Assembly (NCBI GenBank): GCA_947482665.1
Contig: CANKJK010000005.1
Location: 222 to 64,221, forward strand
Length of the DNA stretch: 64,000 nt
Reading direction: 5' to 3'
Origin: Acidobacteriota bacterium
Lineage (GTDB): Bacteria > Acidobacteriota > Vicinamibacteria > Vicinamibacterales > UBA2999
This document shows, in pieces, positions 20,851 through 29,794 of the stretch. The notes beneath the pieces are model-generated. The model had not been told where the DNA came from, ran no database searches, and was given only the letters and a program-made list of their open reading frames with translations. Within the stretch, counting starts at the first letter, position 1, and each line of letters opens with the position of its first letter. The position numbers were made by a program, and so were the translations under genes.

Positions 20851-21366
20851 ATGTCCGTCGTCCGCGCGCTTCACTCTCTGGCCCTGGCGGTCTGGCTCGG
20901 AGGCATGACCGTGCTGGGGGTTGTCGTGGCTCCCTCGGCGTTCCAGGTGCTCCAGGCGCGCGAGGCCGCGCACGGCCGAGTCCTCGCCGCGGCGGTCTTC
21001 GGCACGGTGCTCGACCGTTTCCAGTTTCTGGCCTACGGCTGTGCAGCGGTCGTCCTCGTGACGCTTGGGCTGATGCGGTGGCTGGCCCCGAGGACCGCAG
21101 GCCTGTTGCCCCGCGCGGCGCTCGCGGCCGGACTGCTCGCGGTCGCGCTCTATACGGGATACGGCGTCTATCCAGAGGTCGAGCAGGTTCAGGCACAGAT
21201 CGGCGCGGGCGTGTCCCCCTCCACGCTGGAGGCGACCGATCCCCGACGCGTCCGCTTTGATGCGCTCCACGCGCGTTCCACGCGCCTGATGCAGCTCAAC
21301 CTCATCGGCACGGTGATTCTCCTGGCGTGGCACACACACAGCAGCGCATCGCGGTCCCGCTCCTGA
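20851..21366 (+). CDS. DUF4149-like small membrane protein
   Basis: 171 aa: MSVVRALHSLALAVWLGGMTVLGVVVAPSAF...VFGTVLDRFQFLAY, with 4 TM segments. The ATG lies 6 nt after CATAAT. Confidence 0.65.
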   Translation: MSVVRALHSLALAVWLGGMTVLGVVVAPSAFQVLQAREAAHGRVLAAAVFGTVLDRFQFLAYGCAAVVLVTLGLMRWLAPRTAGLLPRAALAAGLLAVALYTGYGVYPEVEQVQAQIGAGVSPSTLEATDPRRVRFDALHARSTRLMQLNLIGTVILLAWHTHSSASRSRS

Positions 21367-21398
21367 CCCAGACCGTTCTGCTATAGTCGGCCACGGGC

Positions 21399-22517
21399 AT
21401 GCTCGACGACATCACCAAGGCCGTGCTCGCGCGGGAAGATATCGCCCGATACCTCCACGACGAGGCCAAGGGCGCCCAGGCGCGCACCCGCATCGAGTCG
21501 TATCTGGATGAGATGCGCACCACCCAGCGCTACTCCATCTACAAGGCGCTCAAGCATCCGCTCTATCCGATTCTGCGGAAGATCGAACGTATCGGCGAGC
21601 AGCTGTCGCTGGTCAAGGCGGCGGCGCGCGGCGGCCGGATCGTTTACGCCTCCAATCACCGCAGCCACACGGACTACCTTGTGGAGCCGCTGGTTCTGGA
21701 CGACAACGGCATCCGCCCTCCGGTCATCGCGGCTGGCATCAACCTCTTCGGCGGACCGCTCGGGCTCATCCACCGGCACGTCACCGGCGCTATTCCGGTC
21801 CGGCGCAATGCCAAGGATCCGGCCTACCTCGTCACGCTCAAGGCCTATGTCGCCGAAATGCTGCGGACGCAGGATCTCTTCTTTTACCCGGAGGGTGGCC
21901 GGAGCTACAGCGGTGAGCTGAAGAGCCCGAAGACAGGCCTCTTCAACGCGGCGCTCCAGGCCGATCGCAGCAATCTGGTGATCATCCCGACGGCCATCGC
22001 CTACGACCTCGTGCTCGAGGACCACGTGCTGGCGCGTCAGCGGATCAAGCGGAGCCAGCGGCCGTTCAGCCGAGAACTGGCCGAGATGGTGCGCTACGCG
22101 GTCGGCTATCGCTCGCGCGCCTTTGTGACCTTCGGACGCCCGATCTCGGTCGATCACGTCGAAGTTGATTCACGCAAGGCCGTCCTGGACCTGGCGCACG
22201 CCGTCATGGGCGCCCTTGGCCGGCAGGTCAAGATTCTGCCGACGGCCGTGGTCGCCGCGGCCATGCGGCCGTCCATCACGCGGCGGGAACTCATCGCGCG
22301 GGCCGAGGCCATCGTGGAGGCCGCGCGGGCTGCCGGCGCCAATCTGGGCGTCCAGTCCGGCCGGGAAGCCCTTGAACTCGGGGTTGAGCCGCTCGAACTG
22401 CGCGGCGTGATCGTGGTCGAGGGCAGTTGCCTTCGGGTCCGTGACCGCAACGTCCTGCGCTACTACGCCCGCTCGATCGAGCACGCGCTGGCGTCGCCAT
22501 CCAGCCGCACCCACTAG
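21399..22517 (+). CDS. GPAT/DHAPAT-like (PlsB-family) glycerolipid acyltransferase
   Basis: HX4D block is VYASNHRSHTDYLV. Downstream blocks are GAIPVRR and FFYPEGGRSYSGEL. Confidence 0.8.
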   Translation: MLDDITKAVLAREDIARYLHDEAKGAQARTRIESYLDEMRTTQRYSIYKALKHPLYPILRKIERIGEQLSLVKAAARGGRIVYASNHRSHTDYLVEPLVLDDNGIRPPVIAAGINLFGGPLGLIHRHVTGAIPVRRNAKDPAYLVTLKAYVAEMLRTQDLFFYPEGGRSYSGELKSPKTGLFNAALQADRSNLVIIPTAIAYDLVLEDHVLARQRIKRSQRPFSRELAEMVRYAVGYRSRAFVTFGRPISVDHVEVDSRKAVLDLAHAVMGALGRQVKILPTAVVAAAMRPSITRRELIARAEAIVEAARAAGANLGVQSGREALELGVEPLELRGVIVVEGSCLRVRDRNVLRYYARSIEHALASPSSRTH

Positions 22518-22532
22518 CCGACGGGGCCCACC

Positions 22533-23483
22533 GTGCTCCATCTTCCCTCCAAGGCCATCTTCCACCTGCTGGCCAAAAGCACGCTGGTGAAGCGCCTGGC
22601 CTCGCGCCACGGCATGGTGAAGGACACCGGATTCGCCAGGCGGTTCATCGCGGGAGAGACGATCGAAGAAGCCCTCGGCGCCGCCCGTGCGATTCAGGAG
22701 CAGGGGCTGCTCCTCACGCTCGACTACCTGGGTGAAAGCGTCGGCACGCCCGAGGCCGCGACCGCCGCCACGAACGAATATCTCCGCCTGATGCGGATCA
22801 TCGCGGAGGCCGGCATCGAGCGGAACCTGTCGCTCAAGCTCACGCAGCTTGGACTGGACGTCGACCGCGCCACCTGCGTTGACAACCTGCGGCGCATCCT
22901 CGGCCCGGCCAACGAGCTGGGCTTCTTCATCCGCGTGGACATGGAAGATTCCAGCCACACACAGCAGACGCTCGACATCGTTGAGACGCTCTGGAAACAG
23001 GACTACCGCAATCTGGGTGTCGTGCTGCAGAGCTATCTGCGGCGTACGGACGAGGACCTCTCGCGCATGCTCGGCCTCGGGACCAGGGTCCGTCTCGTCA
23101 AGGGGGCCTATCGCGAGCCGGCCAAGGTCGCCTTCGGGATCCAGACCGACATCGAGCACCACTTCGTCGCCGCGATGAAGCGCCTCCTCGATTCGGGCCA
23201 GTATCACGCCATCGCGACGCACGACCCGGCAATGATCGAGGCCACCATCACCTACGCGCGTGAGCGAGGGATTCCGAACGACCGCTTCGAGTTCCAGATG
23301 CTGTACGGCATTCGCCGGGACCTGCAGGCCTCGCTCACCGCCCGCGGCTACCGCATGCGGATCTACCTGCCGTTCGGCCGCGAGTGGTTTCCGTATTTCA
23401 TGCGGCGGCTTGGTGAGCGGCCGTCCAACGTCGGATTCCTGCTGCGAAGCCTTCGTCACGAACGGCGGAATACCGGCGCGTAG
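22533..23483 (+). CDS. Proline dehydrogenase (monofunctional PutA-like)
   Basis: GTG start. Sequence shows LTLDYLGESV...SLKLTQLG...FIRVDMEDSSHT...VLQSYLRRT...VRLVKGAY...IATHD...FEFQMLYGIR. Confidence 0.9.
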   Translation: MLHLPSKAIFHLLAKSTLVKRLASRHGMVKDTGFARRFIAGETIEEALGAARAIQEQGLLLTLDYLGESVGTPEAATAATNEYLRLMRIIAEAGIERNLSLKLTQLGLDVDRATCVDNLRRILGPANELGFFIRVDMEDSSHTQQTLDIVETLWKQDYRNLGVVLQSYLRRTDEDLSRMLGLGTRVRLVKGAYREPAKVAFGIQTDIEHHFVAAMKRLLDSGQYHAIATHDPAMIEATITYARERGIPNDRFEFQMLYGIRRDLQASLTARGYRMRIYLPFGREWFPYFMRRLGERPSNVGFLLRSLRHERRNTGA

Positions 23484-23502
23484 GGCGAGCCGGACGACAG
23501 CC

Positions 23503-24573
23503 TCAGTTCACCCAGTCGGCGATGAAGACGTTCGTGTCGCCTTCCTGTGCCGCGTTCCGATTTGAGGCAAAGACCAGCTTCTTTCCGTCCGGTGAAAACA
23601 TCGGGAAGCTGTCGAACGTGGGATTCCACGTCACGCGCTCCAGACCGGTACCGTCCACGTTCACGAGGTAGAGGTCAAAGTCGCGTCCCTTCGGGTCGTG
23701 GCTGTTACTGGCGAAGATGATCTTCCTGCCGTCTGGCGTGAAGTAGGGCGCGAAGCTCGCCTTCCCGAGCCGTGTCACCTGCCGGACATTCGAACCATCG
23801 GCGTTCATGACGTAAATCTCCAGGGTCGTGGGCCGCCAGAGACCGTCCTTGAGCAGGCTCGTGTAGTCCGCGAGTTCCGCCCCCTCGCTGGGCCGCCCGC
23901 GGAAGACGATCTGCTTCCCGTCCCGCGAATAGAACGGGCCTCCGTCCGGGCCTGGCCGATGGGTCAGCCGCCGCACATCGGTGCCGTCGCCCTTCATGGA
24001 GTAGATCTCCATGTCGCCATCCCGCACGCTGGTGAAGACGATCCGGCCGTCGGGCCCGATGGTGGCCTCGGCGTCGTAGCCGGGCGTCGAGGTCAGCGGC
24101 GTCAGCCCGGAACCGTCGGTGTTCGCGCGGAAGATGTCGTAGCTGGGGTAGACCGGCCACACGTAGCCTCGCGCCATGGACGGGTTCGGCGGGCAGGCCG
24201 CGCCCCCCAGGTGCGTCGACGCGAACAGGATGTGCTTGCCGTCCGGGTAGAAGTAGCCGCATGTCACGCGTCCGGTCCCGGTGCTCACGCGCTTCACATC
24301 CGAGCCGTCGATCTTCATCGTGAACTGCTGATCGCACGACGTCTCCGGCGGCCGGTGCGACTGGAAGATCAGCCGCGTCCCATCGAAAGAAAAATAGGCT
24401 TCGGCGTTCTCGCCACCGAAGGTGAGCTGCGTGAGGTTGGCGAGATGCTTCTCGCCCGGCATCAGCAGCGAGACGGCCGGCACCTGAGCCGCACGGGCGC
24501 TCAGGGACGGAGGCACGAAGGCCGTGGCGCAGGTAACCGCGGCCAGGCCGGAGACAAGTAGCAGGCGCTTCAT
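23503..24573 (-). CDS. Secreted TolB-like PD40/WD40 beta-propeller protein
   Basis: Start trimmed to MKRLLLVSGLAAVTCATA (ATG is the complement of 24571-24573). Repeated PD40-type blades are present (FSFDGTRLIF, YPDGKHILF, GPDGRIVF, SRDGKQIVF, TPDGRKIIF, SPDGKKLVF). Confidence 0.8.
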   Translation of the reverse strand: MKRLLLVSGLAAVTCATAFVPPSLSARAAQVPAVSLLMPGEKHLANLTQLTFGGENAEAYFSFDGTRLIFQSHRPPETSCDQQFTMKIDGSDVKRVSTGTGRVTCGYFYPDGKHILFASTHLGGAACPPNPSMARGYVWPVYPSYDIFRANTDGSGLTPLTSTPGYDAEATIGPDGRIVFTSVRDGDMEIYSMKGDGTDVRRLTHRPGPDGGPFYSRDGKQIVFRGRPSEGAELADYTSLLKDGLWRPTTLEIYVMNADGSNVRQVTRLGKASFAPYFTPDGRKIIFASNSHDPKGRDFDLYLVNVDGTGLERVTWNPTFDSFPMFSPDGKKLVFASNRNAAQEGDTNVFIADWVN

Positions 24574-24585
24574 AATGACTGCCGC

Positions 24586-25971
24586 ATGGTAAAGGCTCCG
24601 GACATCGCCTGCAATATCGCCGCGGCCGCGCACGAACGGGGCGGACGCGCGCTGCTGGTGGGCGGCTGGGTGCGCGACGCACTGCGAAACCAGCCCTCCA
24701 AGGATCTCGACATGGAGGTCTTCGGGATCGAGGAACCCGTGCTCGCGGCCCTGCTGGCGGACTTCGGGCGGGTGGAGGCCGTCGGGCAGAGCTTCCCGGT
24801 CTACAAAGTGGTCGTGCCGGGCCCCGAGGGGGACAGACAGGAGGTGGACGTCGCGCTTCCGCGGCGCGAGTCCAAGGCCGGTCGGGGCCATAAAGCCTTC
24901 CGCGTCGAAGGCGACCCGCACATGCCCTTCGCGGAAGCCGCCCGGCGGCGTGACTTCACCATCAACGCGATGGGTCTCGACCCCCTCACCGGCGCGATCG
25001 AGGATCCGTTCGAGGGACGCGCGGACCTCGACAACCGGGTGCTCCGTGTCGTCGACCCCGCCACGTTCGGCGATGACAGCCTGCGCGTGCTGCGCGCCGT
25101 GCAATTCGCCGCACGGTTCGGCGTCACGCTGGACGCGGCCACCTTCGACCTGTGCCGCCGGATTCCCCTGGACGATCTGCCGCCGGAGCGTGTGTGGGTC
25201 GAGTTCGAAAAACTCCTGCTGCAGGCCGATCGGCCGGCGATGGGACTCCGCCTGGCGTGGGACCTTGGTGTGATCGCGGCGCTACTCCCTGAACTGACGC
25301 CCCTGGCCACCTGTCCACAGGAACCCGAGTGGCACCCGGAAGGCGATGTGTGGACGCACACGCTCCTGGTCGTTGACGAAGCCCGAAGGCGCAACGGCGA
25401 TCTCGACCGCCCGCGGCTCATCACCGTGATGCTGGCCGCACTCTGCCACGATCTCGGCAAGCCCGCGACCACCGCGCTCATCGATGGGCGCATCCGCTCA
25501 CCCAATCACGAGGAGGCCGGCGTGGAGCCCTCGACGCGGCTGCTCGATCGCCTCAACATCCACACGATCGACGGCTACGACGTGCGGACACAGGTCCTGG
25601 CCCTCGTCGCCCAGCACTTGAAACCCGGGCAGTTCCACAAAGCCCCTGCCGTCTCCGACGGCGCGTTCCGCCGCCTCGCGCTGAAGGTGGACTGCGAACT
25701 GCTCGCGCGCGTGGCGCGCGCGGACTGCCACGGGCGGACCGGGCCGTTTGACTGCTCCGCGATGGACTGGTTTATCGAGCGCGCACGGGCGATCGGCGTC
25801 GAGCGGCGTCCACCGGAGCCTCTGCTGCTCGGTCGGCATGTACTCGCGCTGGGTGTGCCGCCGGGACCGCGCGTGGGCGAGGTCCTGAAGCAGATCTACG
25901 AACGGCAACTGGATGGTGAACTGACCTCGCTGGAGGAGGCGCTCGCCGCGGCCCGCGAGCTGGTCGGCTGA
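24586..25971 (+). CDS. cca: CCA-adding tRNA nucleotidyltransferase with HD domain
   Basis: LLVGGWVRDAL...DLDMEVFG...RRDFTINAM (PolyA_pol head) plus an HD region (LCHDLGKP). Confidence 0.85.
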   Translation: MVKAPDIACNIAAAAHERGGRALLVGGWVRDALRNQPSKDLDMEVFGIEEPVLAALLADFGRVEAVGQSFPVYKVVVPGPEGDRQEVDVALPRRESKAGRGHKAFRVEGDPHMPFAEAARRRDFTINAMGLDPLTGAIEDPFEGRADLDNRVLRVVDPATFGDDSLRVLRAVQFAARFGVTLDAATFDLCRRIPLDDLPPERVWVEFEKLLLQADRPAMGLRLAWDLGVIAALLPELTPLATCPQEPEWHPEGDVWTHTLLVVDEARRRNGDLDRPRLITVMLAALCHDLGKPATTALIDGRIRSPNHEEAGVEPSTRLLDRLNIHTIDGYDVRTQVLALVAQHLKPGQFHKAPAVSDGAFRRLALKVDCELLARVARADCHGRTGPFDCSAMDWFIERARAIGVERRPPEPLLLGRHVLALGVPPGPRVGEVLKQIYERQLDGELTSLEEALAAARELVG

Positions 25972-25987
25972 CCGAGCGCGCCGCTGA

Positions 25988-26914
25988 CTAGGCGGCGGCG
26001 TTCTTGGTATCGCGGTATTCCTCGAAGAGGCGGGCAATGCTCCCGGCCACCGACCGGAGGCTCGGCACCCAGCCCAGGGCACGGGCGCGGGGGCTGCGCA
26101 CGCGCTGGTCCAGCGCGAGCGCGTCGGCGTAGAGGCCCATCGTGGTGCGGGCCTCCTCAAGTGGCACCAGCCGCACGTCAGGCCGCAGAGCCAGGTGATC
26201 GGCGATGGCGGTCACGATGTCCAGCACAGACTCGTCGGCTTCGTCGTTGGCGTGGAAGATCCCAGCCGCGTCGTCCGATGTGGCAATCCGGACGTAGAGA
26301 TCCGCCAGGTCCTTGTCATACACGCAGGACCAGTGCTGCTCGCCCGTCCCAATCACGCGGATGATGCCGTTCTTGGCTTCCTTCACCAGCTCGGCGATGG
26401 GTCCGCGGGATCGGCCATAGACCATGCCGGGCCGCACCACTGCCGTGCGAACGGCGCCGGTGGCTCCGGCTTCCAGCACCAGCTTCTCGTGAGCCGGACG
26501 CCAGGCGGCCAGCGGCGTCGGCTTCGGCAGCACTTTCTCCGTCGCCGGGCGAATGGCTTTGCCGATCACCCAGGCACTCGAGGTGTAGACCACGAACGGC
26601 CGGTGTTCAACCGGACCGGTCGCACGCTTGCGTGCGGCGCCAAGCAGCGCATCCACCGCCATGCGGTCCACATCACCGCCACGCTTGGACGGCTCGAACG
26701 CGGCGTGGATGATGCCGTCGCAGGTTTCCGCATGGGCGAGATATCCAGCGGGATTCGCCAGCTCGCCGAGGACCGTCTGCACGCCGCGAGCGGCCACGCG
26801 TTCCGCCTTCTCCGGGTCGCGGATGAGCGCGGTCACCTGATGCCCGGCGCGCAGTACTGCGTCGAGGATGGCAGAGCCGACATATCCGGTGGCGCCCGTC
26901 AGAAAGATCCGCAT
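25988..26914 (-). CDS. NAD(P)-dependent SDR-family epimerase/reductase-like protein
   Basis: MRIFLTGATGYVGSAILDAVLRAGHQVTALIRD, a Rossmann GxxGxxG motif. 308 aa. Confidence 0.85.
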   Translation of the reverse strand: MRIFLTGATGYVGSAILDAVLRAGHQVTALIRDPEKAERVAARGVQTVLGELANPAGYLAHAETCDGIIHAAFEPSKRGGDVDRMAVDALLGAARKRATGPVEHRPFVVYTSSAWVIGKAIRPATEKVLPKPTPLAAWRPAHEKLVLEAGATGAVRTAVVRPGMVYGRSRGPIAELVKEAKNGIIRVIGTGEQHWSCVYDKDLADLYVRIATSDDAAGIFHANDEADESVLDIVTAIADHLALRPDVRLVPLEEARTTMGLYADALALDQRVRSPRARALGWVPSLRSVAGSIARLFEEYRDTKNAAA

Positions 26915-26986
26915 GATTCGCGAGAGGGTATTCTACGTCAGCGATCGCCAATACGTGCGTCGCACTCAGGGCCCCCGCTAGGTCAC

Positions 26987-29503
26987 ATGGCAGATCGCAA
27001 CACGCTGATCGACTTCTTCAAGGACATCGTCACCGAACGTGGCGAGTTTCTTGTGTACGACGACGGATTCCGCCGTCGCAGTTATTCCTATGACCAGGTC
27101 GGGCAGGCCGCGCGGGGATTCGCCTCGCGCCTGATCGCGGCCGGCATCAGCCGGGACGACAAGATCATCTTCTGGGGCGAGAACCGGCCTGAATGGATCG
27201 CCTGCTACTGGGGATGCCTGCTCATCGGCGCGGTGGCCGTGCCGATCGACTACCGCTCGTCACCGGAGTTTGTGGCCAAGGTGCGCGGCATTGTCAGCGC
27301 GAAGCTCGCGCTGGTGGGCGAGGAGGTGGACGCCGCTCGCGCGCTGCCCGCGTCGAGCGGCACGCCCTGCTGGGCGATGGCCGATTTCGACTGGGCCGGC
27401 ACCGGCCCCTGGCCGGAGGTGGCGCTCTCGCGCGACGACGTCACCCAGATCATCTTCACATCGGGCGCGACGGCTGAACCCAAGGGCGTGGTCATTCGCC
27501 ACAAGAACGTCCTCGCCAACGTCGTGCCGGTCGAGCGCGAGGTCCGGAAGTACCGCCGCTATGCACGGCCGTTCAGTCCGATCCGGTTCCTGAACCTGCT
27601 CCCGCTCAGTCACATGTTTGGCCAGTCGATGGCCACCAGCGTCCCGCCGATGCTCGGCGGCACCGTCATCTTCACGAAGAGCTTCAATCCGCACGACCTC
27701 ATCCGGCTCATCCGCTCCCGCCGGATCTCGGTGGTGGTCTGCGTGCCGAAGATGCTCGACGTGCTGCGGGAGCATGCCCGGCGCGCATGGCCGGAGTCTG
27801 ACGACACCGGGACGTGGTCGATTCCGGCGCGCTGGTGGCATTTCCGCCGGGCCCACCTGGCCTTCGGGCCGAAGTTCTGGGCGTTCGTGGTGGGCGCCGC
27901 CCCGCTCGGTCCCGACCTCGAGGCCTTCTGGCGGAAGCTCGGCTTCGCCGTCGTGCAGGGGTACGGCCTCACAGAAACCGCGCCCATCGTCACGCTCAAC
28001 CACCCGTTCCGCACGAGCGCGGGCTCGGTCGGCACGCCGATCGGCGGTGTGGACATCCGCATCGCCGAGGATGGCGAGATTCTCGTGAAGGGTGAGAACG
28101 TCACCTCGGGCTACTTTGCCGCGGGTCCTGGTGGCACCACCGAGTCGGCGCTGGACGCCGACGGCTGGCTGCACACGGGCGACATTGGCGAGCGTGATGC
28201 CCAGGGCCGGGTGTTCATCAAGGGCCGGAAGAAGGAAATGATCGTCCGGCCGGACGGCCTCAACGTCTTCCCGGAGGATGTGGAGCGCGCGCTGACCGCA
28301 CTCCCTGAGGTCATCGACGCCGCCGTGGTCGGCATGGCCGCAGGCGCCGATGAACGTGTGCACGCCGTCGTCGTGACGGCGGAAAGCACCGACCTCGAGA
28401 GTCTGGTGCGCGCCGCCAATGCGACGTTGCAGGACCACCAGCGCATCCAGGGCATCTCGCGCTGGCCCGGCACAGAGCTCCCCCGCACGGAAGGCACGCG
28501 GAAGCTCAAACGTCGCGAAGTACGCGACTGGGTCGGTGGTGGCGGTCAGGCGTCCCCAGCCGCGCGTCCCGACGACTCGCTCGAAGGGCTGCTCGCGCGC
28601 TTCGCCGGAGGCCGTGCCGTGAGCGGCGCGACGACGCTCGACGACCTCGGCCTGAGTTCGCTGGACCGCGTGGAACTCATGGTCGCGCTCGAAGACAAGT
28701 TCCAGACGCGGATTGATGAGGCCCGCTTCGCGGAGACGGCCAATGTCGAAGAGCTGAAGCGCCTGCTCGCCGCTCCGCGGACAGCGGAGGACGGTGCGGA
28801 GCCCGTGACGTTCCCCTCGTGGAACCGCACCGGGATCGCCCGCCTCATCAGGCGCCTCTCGCTGGCCGTGTGGATCCTCCCGCTGGCGCGCCTCTTCGCC
28901 CACCTCCGGGTCGAGGGCCACGAGCACCTCACAGACCTCAAGGGACCGGTCATCTTTGCGTCGAATCACCAGAGCCACCTTGACGTGCCCGTGATTCTCG
29001 CGGCGTTACCGGGCGGTGTCCGCGCACGCGTGGCACCGGCCATGGCCAAGGAGTTCTTCAAGGCCCACTTCTTCCCGGCCGGTTACTCCTGGCGCCAGCG
29101 CCTCACCAACTCGCTCAATTACTACCTGGCAGCGCTCTTCTTCAACGCGTTCCCGATCCCCCAGCGAGAGGCGGGAACGAGGCAGACGTTGGCCTATATC
29201 GGGGAACTGACCGGCGCGGGCTGGTCGGTGCTCATCTTCCCCGAGGGCGTCCGGTCCACGGACGCCTCGATCGGACAGTTTCGTGGGGGCATCGGCCTCA
29301 TCGGTGCCCGGCTGGACATCCCCGTCATTCCCGTCCGGCTGGAAGGCGTGAACCAGGTGCTGCACTCCGCCTGGAAGATGGCCAGACCAGGCCGGGTGCG
29401 GGTGGCCTTCGGGCGGCCGATTCGGCTCCGTGGGGAGGACTTCCCAGCGCTGGCGCACCAGGTGGAAGCCGCCGTGCGGGCGCTGTCGTCCCCGGACGCG
29501 TAG
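26987..29503 (+). CDS. Tri-domain fatty-acyl-AMP ligase / carrier protein / lysophospholipid (AGPAT, PlsC-type) acyltransferase
   Basis: Start trimmed to MADRNTLIDFF (ATG at 26987). Adenylation motifs are IFTSGATAEPKGV, QGYGLTETAP and GWLHTGDIG. The carrier motif is DDLGLSSLDRVELMVALE (Ser codon near 28658). The acyltransferase blocks are FASNHQSHLDVPV and IFPEGVRS. Confidence 0.85.
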   Translation: MADRNTLIDFFKDIVTERGEFLVYDDGFRRRSYSYDQVGQAARGFASRLIAAGISRDDKIIFWGENRPEWIACYWGCLLIGAVAVPIDYRSSPEFVAKVRGIVSAKLALVGEEVDAARALPASSGTPCWAMADFDWAGTGPWPEVALSRDDVTQIIFTSGATAEPKGVVIRHKNVLANVVPVEREVRKYRRYARPFSPIRFLNLLPLSHMFGQSMATSVPPMLGGTVIFTKSFNPHDLIRLIRSRRISVVVCVPKMLDVLREHARRAWPESDDTGTWSIPARWWHFRRAHLAFGPKFWAFVVGAAPLGPDLEAFWRKLGFAVVQGYGLTETAPIVTLNHPFRTSAGSVGTPIGGVDIRIAEDGEILVKGENVTSGYFAAGPGGTTESALDADGWLHTGDIGERDAQGRVFIKGRKKEMIVRPDGLNVFPEDVERALTALPEVIDAAVVGMAAGADERVHAVVVTAESTDLESLVRAANATLQDHQRIQGISRWPGTELPRTEGTRKLKRREVRDWVGGGGQASPAARPDDSLEGLLARFAGGRAVSGATTLDDLGLSSLDRVELMVALEDKFQTRIDEARFAETANVEELKRLLAAPRTAEDGAEPVTFPSWNRTGIARLIRRLSLAVWILPLARLFAHLRVEGHEHLTDLKGPVIFASNHQSHLDVPVILAALPGGVRARVAPAMAKEFFKAHFFPAGYSWRQRLTNSLNYYLAALFFNAFPIPQREAGTRQTLAYIGELTGAGWSVLIFPEGVRSTDASIGQFRGGIGLIGARLDIPVIPVRLEGVNQVLHSAWKMARPGRVRVAFGRPIRLRGEDFPALAHQVEAAVRALSSPDA

Positions 29504-29569
29504 GCTGAACTGATCCTCCCATTCAGGCCCCCGGTGTGGCACACTGATTGCTCACGGAAAGGACACTGA

Positions 29570-29788
29570 TTGAGCAAAGACGACCTGATAGATATGCAGG
29601 GCACCGTCGTGGCGGTGCACTCGGGCGGCCTCTACCGAGTGGAATGCGACGCCGGCCACGAAGTCCTGGCACAGCTCAGCGGCAGAATGCGCCGCTTTCG
29701 CATCAAGGTTGTTCCCGGTGACCGCGTCACGGTCGGCGTCTCGCCGTACGACCCGGTCCGCGGCATCATCACGTTCCGTGCCCGCTAA
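29570..29788 (+). CDS. infA: Translation initiation factor IF-1
   Basis: 72 aa: SKDDLIDMQGTVVAVHSGGLYRVECDAGHEVLAQLSGRMRRFRIKVVPGDRVTVGVSPYDPVRGIITFR. The start is a TTG; the N-terminal residues align with full-length IF-1 only if TTG is used. Confidence 0.92.
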   Translation: MSKDDLIDMQGTVVAVHSGGLYRVECDAGHEVLAQLSGRMRRFRIKVVPGDRVTVGVSPYDPVRGIITFRAR

Positions 29789-29794
29789 GTCCGC

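Noticed and set aside
20773-21339. N-terminal 189-aa extension of the transketolase ORF (807-aa version in the ORF track).
   Set aside because: Transketolase homology begins at MSISTSS (start at 20772). The extension overlaps the real plus-strand DUF4149 gene and is low-complexity. The N-terminal extensions at 26195-26986 (acyl-ligase fusion), 7593-7811 (ankyrin) and 39525-39638 (TonB receptor) were rejected for the same reason.
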